Counted from the stretch's first letter, positions 41,779-50,204 are shown. The stretch is 64,000 bases of DNA from an uncultured Pseudomonadota bacterium (GCA_963843375.1 CAWJKT010000006.1:224001-288000), one strand, 5' to 3'. Program-made: numbers and translations. The notes: generated by a model from the sequence alone, not told the origin.

Positions 41779-42883
41779 GACTCCCTCCTTCGAGGATGGG
41801 TTTTGAACGCATCAGCACGGAGATCAGCCAGGCTAGGGCCCCGATACCGAGGACGAAAACCCAAAGGAAGGTCACCACCACCAACCAGTTGGTGACGACA
41901 GGCTGGCTCCAAACGTCAAAGCCCTTGTGGGCCAGGGTCACATCACGGATGCCGTCCCGGAGGATAACCCAATTGGCCACAGCCAAAAGAGCCATCAGCG
42001 CGGCCACATAACCGGCGGCAGGACCCCGGGGTTTTTTCACCACGGTCCAAAGCCCAAAAAGCAGAATCACCAAAGCCAATGGGTAATAGGTAAAGGAAAC
42101 CATGCTGTAAAAGCCATTGGCGGAAAGTCCTGAACTCACAAAATCCGGCTGGTTGGAAATGATGAGGTAATAGGTGACGGCCTGTAGGAGTATGCCCAAG
42201 ACGGCCATTTTCCCCCCCAGGCCCGACAGGTAAAGCTTGAGAGGTTCCTGGACGCTCTTGCGGCCCGCGATCCAGACCATCCAGAAACCGGACACCCAAA
42301 GGGCGCCGCAAAGCATGAAGAGCCAGCGGGGGTTCAGGGTAGGGTCGTAGGGTGGTATTTGATTTCCCAAGGGAGCGGCGGAATACATGTCGCGCCAAAC
42401 CTCCGGCTTGAGCATGAGTGCCATGTTGGTGGATAAAATGCGGGAGATGATCCCGGCCAAAAACAGAGAAGCAAATCCCTTGAACCATGGCTTTTTCCCT
42501 GCGGCCACCCCATCCGAAAAACCGTAGAGCAGCCAATAACATGCCATCAGCAGGAGGATCACAGAAAACCAGAAGAAACCGATCAGCACATTGGCGGTAT
42601 AGAGAGCCGGACCGTAGAGCACCTGGGCAAAGAGGAGCGGCGGGATACCCAGGTTGATGACGTAGGTCATGACAATGGGAAGTCTTTTAGCTAAGGCTTT
42701 TGCCGCCTCCTGCCGCTGGGCGTTGGAGGAACCGAGGAGATTGAGCAGGATGGCTGTCAGGAGTCCACCCAGGAACATCTTCACCGCAATGAAGTGGAGG
42801 CTGAGGGTAAGGACGTCCAACCCCTTGAATAGCCAGACAGGCGCGGGCAGAGGGATGGGGTCGGTCCAGGGAAAAAGGTTCAT
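41771..42883 (-). CDS. Polytopic membrane protein, possibly a second bd-oxidase-like subunit
   Basis: ~9 TMs; DPIPLPAP...LHFIAV...NLGIPPLLFAQVLYG; first gene of the respiratory operon. Confidence 0.65.
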   Translation of the reverse strand: MNLFPWTDPIPLPAPVWLFKGLDVLTLSLHFIAVKMFLGGLLTAILLNLLGSSNAQRQEAAKALAKRLPIVMTYVINLGIPPLLFAQVLYGPALYTANVLIGFFWFSVILLLMACYWLLYGFSDGVAAGKKPWFKGFASLFLAGIISRILSTNMALMLKPEVWRDMYSAAPLGNQIPPYDPTLNPRWLFMLCGALWVSGFWMVWIAGRKSVQEPLKLYLSGLGGKMAVLGILLQAVTYYLIISNQPDFVSSGLSANGFYSMVSFTYYPLALVILLFGLWTVVKKPRGPAAGYVAALMALLAVANWVILRDGIRDVTLAHKGFDVWSQPVVTNWLVVVTFLWVFVLGIGALAWLISVLMRSKPILEGGSHD

Positions 42884-42952
42884 GGAATAAGGCGCTCCAT
42901 TTTTTGACGAAAACCCTGCAAGCTTTCCCCCCGATTGCGCGGAATGCACCAA

Positions 42953-42995
42953 AGGTTATTTCATGTGTACTTTTTGTTCTATGATCAAAATCATA
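42953..42995 (-). promoter_or_regulatory. FNR/CRP-like box with a candidate -10 element
   Basis: TATGAT-CAAA-ATCATA palindrome (42980-42995); TAACCT at 42958-42953 on the minus strand. Confidence 0.5.
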
Positions 42996-43167
42996 TTGGA
43001 CAGATATTCACCCTGCCCATGGGCGAAAGCAAGAGGCAAGACGGATTTAGATAGCCGGATTAAAAATAAATCTTGTTGATATTTTAGTAGTGTGGTTGTC
43101 CACGACGGGTCCCCGCCGTGGACAACTGATTCATTTTAAGATGGTTGATATTGGCTGGGTTTTATTG

Positions 43168-43731
43168 TCAGCCATCGATGACTTTTAAGCTTTTCAACTG
43201 GCGCAGTATCCGCATGTCCTCGGCCATATCCCCGATTTTTTCGGCCCATCGGCGAAGGTACTTTTTATCGAGGAACGGTCCTTGCCGGGCCACAATGGCT
43301 TCGACGTCCGCCAAATCTTTTGTCCTTCCAGGAATCAATTTTAAAAGGATTAAATCTTCCGGCGAAGGCATGGGAACCATCCGCCCAAAAAGCTTTAACG
43401 AAACCTTTCGGCTCAAGGCGGAACGCTCCAATTCAGTGGAGGCGATAATCACGTCCACAGGGACCTTCCGAAAAGCGATGGTAAACGCCCCTCTGGTCTT
43501 TGCGCCATAAATGGCTTTTTGAGGATTGACTTGAAATTTTTTGCCTGCTTTTTTAAGGAAGGCGGGCAAACCCGCCTTCTCGATGAATAAAATAAGGTCG
43601 ATATCCTGGGTCATTCGCGGCTGGCCCGAGGCCAAAACCGCCAATCCACCGATCAACAGATAATCCGCTTTGGTTTCTTTGAGAAGGGAAATCAGCTCGT
43701 GGAAGGCCGACTCAATGGGATTGGTGGACAT
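43168..43731 (-). CDS. Nucleotidyltransferase (DUF6036/AbiEii-like), putative toxin
   Basis: YLLIGGLAV...PRMTQDIDL...PEDLILLKL...KDLADV. Confidence 0.8.
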   Translation of the reverse strand: MSTNPIESAFHELISLLKETKADYLLIGGLAVLASGQPRMTQDIDLILFIEKAGLPAFLKKAGKKFQVNPQKAIYGAKTRGAFTIAFRKVPVDVIIASTELERSALSRKVSLKLFGRMVPMPSPEDLILLKLIPGRTKDLADVEAIVARQGPFLDKKYLRRWAEKIGDMAEDMRILRQLKSLKVIDG

Positions 43732-43903
43732 AAAAGGAAAGCGCCATGGGCTTATCGTGTCGCAAATTGGGTTTTTTCGCGTTGAAGGCGGCCCGAATCA
43801 GGTTTTCCCCCATGCGAATACTTTCCTTCAACGAAAGCTTTCGCAGGGAAGACCGGTTTTCTTTTTCGCTGTATTTCTTGAATCTTTTGGGGTTCTTAAC
43901 CAT
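43712..43903 (-). CDS. Small basic protein, putative antitoxin partner of the nucleotidyltransferase
   Basis: Short ORF overlapping the NTase start. Confidence 0.5.
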   Translation of the reverse strand: MVKNPKRFKKYSEKENRSSLRKLSLKESIRMGENLIRAAFNAKKPNLRHDKPMALSFYVHQSH

Positions 43904-44090
43904 GGTTGAATTCATTGTAGGGGGCATTCACGGCAGGTTCAACGTGTATTGGTCCGTCTTGAAATTTCCATCCCTGTGGTTTAAGCCTTTCTAGGGTAAA
44001 AATTGGACCCACTATCATTTTCGCCGTCCAATACACTGTCCACGACGGGTCCCCGTCGTGGACAGGTTATATTTTTAATCTTGATCCAAT

Positions 44091-46194
44091 TTACTTTTGG
44101 CGCATGATCTCGATGGCGCAGACCTTGGCGTTATGGACCGAGGAAACGAATCGTAGATGGATCATCCCATCCGCGTCCGGGCTGGATGTCCGGGAAGCTT
44201 TTATCGACAGCCTTGTCGAAGGCCCCCGCCTCCTTGAGGATATCGAAATGGGCGAGAACCTTTTTCCCGTTGATGAGAATATCAAATACCCTATCGCCTT
44301 CTTTCTTCACGTTGGTCTCGGCGAACCTCAAATGAACCTGGTACTTACCCGGTAACACCGGAAGGGAATAACTGAAATCCCTCCCGTTGCGTTCGAATTG
44401 ATATAGTTCCTGCGTCCGGGTTCCAGCGATGGAATCCCAACAACGGGCCACATCCCCATCGGAATAGCCAATATCCGACGACCAGTACAAACCATCCTTG
44501 TCCCGGAATTCTTCCCAGCCGGTTCGGATGCGCCAATGGTCCGTGGGGGCCAGGGGTATGGGATTGGGCTGCGGCGAGAGGGACACTTGTTCTGGGACGA
44601 CCCCGGGTAGCATTTCGAACCAGTCGAAGTCCGCGTAATTCTCGGATTCCTTGCCGTTGGCCGTGGCATAGAGGCCGACCACTGTTCCGGTAAAGCCGCC
44701 AGCCTTCTCCCGGGAAAGATCGGCGGACGGGCAAGCCGCGAGGTTGTTCCAGGTCTTACCGTCGTTGGACCAGGCGAATTGGTACCGGTCTTCGGTGCCG
44801 GAAATCTCCAGTTGGACTTTGCCCGATTTCATCGGTTCTTGGGCAATCATATATTCCCGGTTTTTAATCCGGTTCCGTACGAATAGCCGGGTTTCCCCGC
44901 CGAACCGCCCCAAGCCAACCTCATAATGGTTATCCTCGTTGGCCCGCACACAAAGACCCGCCTCCTCGCCGTCTTGCAGTGGATTAAATTCCATCTCGGT
45001 ACGGGCGCTAAAACGGAACGAGGTCTGGCGCCGGCCCACGAAAGCGGGATCTTCAAAAATGGTGTTCAGGCTGTCCTTGGTCGCCCGGATTCGGAGATAT
45101 CCTTTCCGTTCCGTCAGGGAGAAATTTTCCGGGTCAAAATTTCGGATATGCAGCCACTCAGGGCCCAACTGGGAGCCGGTAAAAAGGGTCCTCGGTTGGG
45201 GAGCCTCCACGGCGAACAGCTTTAACTTTGGTGCTTCCATTTCCAGGGCAACATGGTGGTTTTTACCCGCCACTGGCCAACCATCCAGTGTCCATTGGAC
45301 AGGCGTGAGAAAGGTTTCCCGGCCCAGCACCGACATGCCGCCCTGGGGCCGGGTTCCGAGGAAAACTAGCCACCAGGTTCCGTCAGGAGCGTCAATTAAG
45401 TCGGCGTGTCCCGCGCATTGGATGGGGCTTTGGGGATCGTCGCGTTGGGTGAGGATGGGATTATGGGGGCAGGACTCAAAAGGGCCCCAAGGGCTGCTGC
45501 TCCGGGCCGCGACTTCTTGATGATAACTTCCGGTTCCACCCGTGGCGCTGATGAGATAGTACATCCCTTTGATCTTGTACATGTGCGGGCCCTCATTCCA
45601 TTCGCCCTGGTATTCCCAAGCCTTCTTGAAGGGTGTTTTCAGCTTCAGGCTGGACGGGTCTAATTCGGCCTGCGCGATGCCGTTCCCATTGTCGGCCCCG
45701 GCATGGTCGTAATAGATCTTCCCGTCGTCGTCAAAGAACATGGAACCGTCGATCCCGTAATCGTTCAGCCAGACCGGCTCCGACCAGGGGCCCGCCGGGT
45801 CCTTGGCGGTGACGATGAAATTTCCCCCTCCGCTGACGTTGTCGCAGGTCAGGTAAAAAGTCCCCTTCCAGTAGCGAAGGGTTGGCGCGTATAGGCCGCC
45901 CCGGTCCGACGCCCCTTGGAGGGGCAACTGGCTGGGGCGGTTCAGGGCATTTCCGATGAATTCCCAATGGACTAGGTCACGGCTGTGGTAGATAGGAAGG
46001 CCGGGGAAATACTCGAAGGTGGAATTGGTGAGGTAAAAGTCCTCCCCTACCCGGCAGATGCTGGGATCGGGATGGAAACCGGTCAGGATGGGATTCTTGA
46101 AGGTTTTTAACATGGTCTTGGCGTCCGCCTTATCCACCATCCCCGAAAACCACAGGGAGATGGCCATGATTGGACCCAAAAATCTAAAGCGCAT
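44091..46194 (-). CDS. Secreted GH43 beta-xylosidase/arabinofuranosidase with C-terminal malectin domain (frameshift near 44170)
   Basis: NPILTGFHPDPSICRVGEDFY, LYAPTLRY, EGPH, GHADL; malectin 'LRFAE...RVFDILING'; last strands in ORF 44091-44285. Confidence 0.92.
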
Positions 46195-46358
46195 GAGGCC
46201 TCCTTTGGGACTGGGTCGTTTGATTATAGACCAGGGATAAGGTGGTTGAGAAAAAACGATTTGGGAACAGGAGTTGGATTGGACAGCGGTTATTAATTGT
46301 CCACGATGGGTCCCCGTCGCGGACAAAGCCCGAACCTCGATTTTCCCATTCGGCCCGG

Positions 46359-46754
46359 CTAATTATTCACGAGAAGATAAACCGCCATTACGAGGCCAAT
46401 GAGACCCAGTCCCAAGGCAATTCCGATTCCCAAATAGGATGGTTTGATCTCGGGGGTTTCTCCCAGTTTAAGAAAGGAAACAAAGCGCACATAGTCGGCA
46501 ACGACCAACCCTTGAACCAGGACCCCCGTTAAAACCAAAAGTGTTCCAAACCACATAGACCATCCCGAGTGTCCGGGCAAGGAGTTATCAACCCGCCCTT
46601 GAATCATGCGCAGGAACAAGCTGAAACGGGCAACGACGAAACCGAAACCCATCAGGGCCAAACCGGTCCTGATCCAAGCCAGGAAGGTTCGTTCCTTCGC
46701 CCAAAAAATTCGAGGATCGACATTTTTAAACTGGTTTTTGGTGGATGTTTTCAT
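46359..46754 (-). CDS. DUF202/YidH family membrane protein
   Basis: AKERTFLAWIRTGLALMGFGFVVARF. Confidence 0.92.
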   Translation of the reverse strand: MKTSTKNQFKNVDPRIFWAKERTFLAWIRTGLALMGFGFVVARFSLFLRMIQGRVDNSLPGHSGWSMWFGTLLVLTGVLVQGLVVADYVRFVSFLKLGETPEIKPSYLGIGIALGLGLIGLVMAVYLLVNN

Positions 46755-47285
46755 GTTGGATATTTTCGCCTGTCGATAATTAAAAAGTGCCCTGTATTAA
46801 CCCCAAACATTTAAGATCGTCTGTGCCTTCGTCCAATCCGGATCCCCGCCGTGGGCAAAATCAGCCGCCTTATTTGTTTTTTTGTCTTCGTCGATCTTGA
46901 GGATTTCCCTGACCTTTTCCATGAAATCCGGTTTCAACCCCTGGTAATGTCCCGAGACGTCGATATTCCCGGTACCCGGGAACTCCAATCCATCAAGACA
47001 ATAATTGGAAAAACGTTAAAAGCCCATCTTTTTTTAGGCAGGATTCGTTCCTCTTTAGCTCCAACTCTCCCTTTTCGGTTTATTTTCGGGTTATTTAAAA
47101 TCTTCAACTCCATTTTACTCCTCAAAATCCTTTCTGAGCCCTACCCAAAAACTGGTCAAAATAAAGTCAAGGTGCCTTTAAAAAAAATAAAAAGAGGCCG
47201 GTTAAGCATCGCCCCCGGGAAGATCAAAAGGCTAGTCGGTTTTAACCGGTTTTTGCCGCCCTTGCCTGCCTCTAACTGCCACAAC

Positions 47286-47327
47286 AAAAAAACCTCCACC
47301 GAAAAAACATAACGAGTGGAGGCTTTT
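47286..47327 (-). terminator. Probable terminator downstream of tRNA-Thr
   Basis: CCTCCAC/GTGGAGG stem flanked by A and T runs. Confidence 0.55.
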
Positions 47328-47396
47328 AAAATGCGCTAGGGACAATGATTTATTCGACTTTTACTACGTTTCCTTTGACAGACAAAATGGAAAAAA

Positions 47397-47472
47397 TGGA
47401 GCTGGGGACCGGGATCGGACCGGCGACCTGCTGTTTACGAAACAGCTGCTCTACCAACTGAGCTACCCCAGC
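47397..47472 (-). tRNA. tRNA-Thr (CGT), CCA encoded
   Basis: Reverse complement GCTGGGGTAGCTCAGTTGGTAGAGCAGCTGTTT-CGT-AAACAGCAGGTCGCCGGTCCGATCCCGGTCCCCAGCTCCA. Confidence 0.93.
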
Positions 47473-47534
47473 CTTTCAAAAGAACAAGAGGAGGCAAAGT
47501 TTACTCATCGTCATGACCATCGTCAATCGAGAAT

Positions 47535-47570
47535 AAAAAAATCCCCGGATTTCAAAAGAAACCCGGGGAT
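47535..47570 (-). terminator. Rho-independent terminator after the CBM11-like gene
   Basis: ATCCCCGG...CCGGGGAT followed by a T-run on the minus strand. Confidence 0.75.
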
Positions 47571-47597
47571 CAGGGTAAACCGGACTTTTAAAAAACG

Positions 47598-48728
47598 TTA
47601 CTTGGCGATCATGTTATCCACGGCAAAAGTTATTTTCCCGACCGTCTTGGGCTGGATATTGAATGTCGCTATCTTGCTGAAATCCTCTGGCGCTCCCTTT
47701 TTCGCATCGGGAGGCGTGTAATAAGGATCCAATTTGAAATCGCTGATGGAAACCGTTACGGTCTCCCATTTGCCGCCCGTGGTCGCCGGCGTATCCGCGA
47801 CATATTGATTATTGTTATTGTCCTTCAAAGCCAATCCCAAAACGATCGAGTCTTTTGAATAAATCATCATACTGATAGTTTTGAGCCCCGTGAGGTTCGC
47901 GCCTTTCCAATCAGGTCCACCCGCTCGGCACCACATTCCACAATAACCACCCTGCTTCAATTCGTAGGAAACGGAAAGGTATTGCTGGCCTTTCTTATTG
48001 GGATTGTCTTTAGCCGTAAAAGTAAAGGTGGATCCCTGGCTGTCCTGGAAGGTTCCTGCGTTTTTAGGGTCGGTAACACCGGTACAATCGAGAATTGCCG
48101 TAGCTGTTCCTGTAGAAGCAGAACTACTAGCAGGAGCGGCGGAAGAAACCATGCCGGCTGTTCCAGCGGAAGAAGATGCCGAGGCCGTCCCCGCGGTTTC
48201 CACGGTGCCAATTAAAACAATCCCCGAACCCGCCGTCTGGGGGGAGAAATTCAAATTTCCCACTTTGCTTAAATCCATCGGATGGCCGGCGATCGCATCT
48301 GGCGGAGTGTAATAAGGATCCTTCGCGAAGGACGATAAGTTAACCGTCACCAGAGTCCAATCAGCGGAAGGAATTTGAACCTTCGTGATGTATTGAACAT
48401 TAAAAGCATCCTTAATGGCGATTTGGAGGTCCCCAGGAAGAGTTGATTTGGCCATGAATTTCAGGGAAGCAGCCTTGGATAAATCCCAAGCGCCGCCGGT
48501 ATAAACTCCAACATAGCCGTTAGCTACCAAGCTATAGGTCATCTTGAGGGCTTTGTCGGAACCTTTGGGACCGGCATCATAAGTGAAATCTATCTTGGAT
48601 CCGTTACTGTCCTGATAGGTCCCTGCCATACCGGCTTGGACGGAAGTCCAATCCTGGACCACATCCGCGAAAGCGGCGGAAACTTGCAGCAAAAAACCCG
48701 CCATCAATAAACCCAGAAATCTTTTCAT
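47598..48728 (-). CDS. Secreted protein with two CBM11/CIA30-like carbohydrate-binding domains
   Basis: Signal peptide; internal duplication 'GTYQDS.GS...KD..N.QY...F..DPYYTPPDA..G.P.D.SK'. Confidence 0.75.
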   Translation of the reverse strand: MKRFLGLLMAGFLLQVSAAFADVVQDWTSVQAGMAGTYQDSNGSKIDFTYDAGPKGSDKALKMTYSLVANGYVGVYTGGAWDLSKAASLKFMAKSTLPGDLQIAIKDAFNVQYITKVQIPSADWTLVTVNLSSFAKDPYYTPPDAIAGHPMDLSKVGNLNFSPQTAGSGIVLIGTVETAGTASASSSAGTAGMVSSAAPASSSASTGTATAILDCTGVTDPKNAGTFQDSQGSTFTFTAKDNPNKKGQQYLSVSYELKQGGYCGMWCRAGGPDWKGANLTGLKTISMMIYSKDSIVLGLALKDNNNNQYVADTPATTGGKWETVTVSISDFKLDPYYTPPDAKKGAPEDFSKIATFNIQPKTVGKITFAVDNMIAK

Positions 48729-48763
48729 CTTGTTTCTCCTTCGAATTTTTCGATTTCCTGCGA

Positions 48764-48946
48764 TTAAAACTTATCTTCAATTAACCCCAAAAACGTCAAC
48801 TCCACCACAACCCAAATCGCTGCATAAACAATGAAGGTTGAAATTTCATGGCGAACACTCCAACCCACATAACTGAAAAGTGAAAAAATCGAATAATTCA
48901 AAAACCAAAGAATCAGTGCCAATCGCGGAAGGCTAAAATTTTTCAT
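48764..48946 (-). CDS. Small membrane protein
   Basis: AGGAG RBS, two hydrophobic segments. Confidence 0.55.
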   Translation of the reverse strand: MKNFSLPRLALILWFLNYSIFSLFSYVGWSVRHEISTFIVYAAIWVVVELTFLGLIEDKF

Positions 48947-48980
48947 CGGATGTCTCCTGAAATATCGCGGACCTTTTCAA

Positions 48981-49589
48981 TTAGGGAACAGCGATAGATT
49001 TTAAGCTAGACCTCAAAATTTCTTCAACTGTTGATTTCTCACCCAGCACATGAATAGCGGCCAAAACTGCCCGGCGTGATTCCGCCAGCGAATATCCTAA
49101 AGTCATCATCGCCTGAATCGCGTCGGTAATGTTCTTAGTTTCAACGTTAAAAACGCTTTCCGGGGATAATACTCCCCCACCCATCAATTTAGTTACCTTA
49201 TCTTTCAGTTCCAAAACGACATGTTGAGCCGTTTTTTGTCCGATCCCGGGGATGGATTTGAGTGTGGCTAAATCATTTTGGAGAATCGCCCGATAGAAAG
49301 CCTCGGAATTAAAAGCCGAAAGAATATTCATCGCCGCCCTTGGTCCAATACCGGAAACGGACAAGGCCAATAGAAAAGCCTGTTTTTCAGAGTCCTTTAA
49401 AAACCCGAAAAGCTGGAGCACATCTTCCCGGACATGAAGATAAGTTTTCAAAAGAACATTTTGACCGACCGGAGGAAGGGATTGCAAAGTTTTCTGTGAT
49501 ACGAAAAGTTCGTATCCTACTCCGTTAACATCCATCTCCACCCGGTCAGGAAACTTCTCGGTCAAGACGCCTTGCAAAAAAGCAATCAT
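48981..49589 (-). CDS. ruvA: Holliday junction branch migration protein RuvA
   Basis: MIAFLQG...NGVGY...HVRED...LFGF...SVSGIGPR...IPGIGQKTA. Confidence 0.96.
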   Translation of the reverse strand: MIAFLQGVLTEKFPDRVEMDVNGVGYELFVSQKTLQSLPPVGQNVLLKTYLHVREDVLQLFGFLKDSEKQAFLLALSVSGIGPRAAMNILSAFNSEAFYRAILQNDLATLKSIPGIGQKTAQHVVLELKDKVTKLMGGGVLSPESVFNVETKNITDAIQAMMTLGYSLAESRRAVLAAIHVLGEKSTVEEILRSSLKSIAVP

Positions 49590-49634
49590 TACCCCTCCGA
49601 AGATCGTCGGGAGTTAAAATTCGCCTTTAGGCGA

Positions 49635-50204
49635 TTAGTCTTCCAGGAATTTAAGGTGAACCAGGATATGCAGGAGTTCCTCGACCTGGGTCAGTGCCGG
49701 AGCTTCCTTGTTTTGAGTGGCCGCATACCAGAAAGAAATGATGTTTTGATCGAGCCAAATGCCTTTAGTCTCGAAATCCTCATCGATCACCAGGGCTTTA
49801 TAATAATGTTCGTCGAGTTCGTTATCAGAAATGGGGCTTTTCAAACCGGAGGATCGAAGCTTGATGTGTTCCTTGGCCTGGTTGAAATATTTCTGGTCAT
49901 CCTCGTTCAAGTTCTCGAAAACAACCTGGGCCGCTTCTCGGTCAATCGCCTCCAGGATGCTCTTATCAATCCAGACACCCATGGATTCCTCATCCCAAAG
50001 ATACTCATGACCCTGGTGCTCCATAATGGTCATGGGTTGACTGCTATCGGGACTGATTTTTTCCGATTTTCCCTTGTTGACGGTATCCTTCGAAAAATCT
50101 TCGGCTGTAACGTTGAATTTCTCATCAGCGGGATAGCCGCACTCTGGACAATACCGGGCGTTTTCAAAAAGTTTGTTGCGGCAATTTTTGCATTTCATGG
50201 ACAT
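49635..50204 (-). CDS. Zinc-ribbon domain hypothetical protein
   Basis: CKNC...CPECG N-terminus. Confidence 0.7.
   Translation of the reverse strand: MSMKCKNCRNKLFENARYCPECGYPADEKFNVTAEDFSKDTVNKGKSEKISPDSSQPMTIMEHQGHEYLWDEESMGVWIDKSILEAIDREAAQVVFENLNEDDQKYFNQAKEHIKLRSSGLKSPISDNELDEHYYKALVIDEDFETKGIWLDQNIISFWYAATQNKEAPALTQVEELLHILVHLKFLED

Larger units (their letters stand above)
30242..46857 (+). repeat. Dispersed array of 11 co-oriented ~28-bp palindromic sites (11-6-11) separating accessory genes
   Basis: Copies at 30242, 30861, 31093, 33864, 37362, 38116, 38721, 43097, 44037, 46298, 46830; consensus TGTCCACGACG GGTCCC CGYCGTGGACA. Confidence 0.92.

Noticed and set aside
30242..46857. CRISPR array interpretation of the 28-bp palindromic repeats
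   Set aside because: Intervals are 0.2-4.3 kb and contain whole genes rather than 30-40-bp spacers; no cas genes in the window.
30242..46857. Classical integron attC sites or canonical XerCD dif
   Set aside because: Too short for attC, no RYYYAAC...GTTRRRY boxes and no intI; no similarity to the dif TTATGTTAAAT arm.
30242..46857. Simple Rho-independent terminators
   Set aside because: No consistent U-tract, primary sequence is conserved across copies, and one unit has a separate conventional terminator (31221-31252) before its site.
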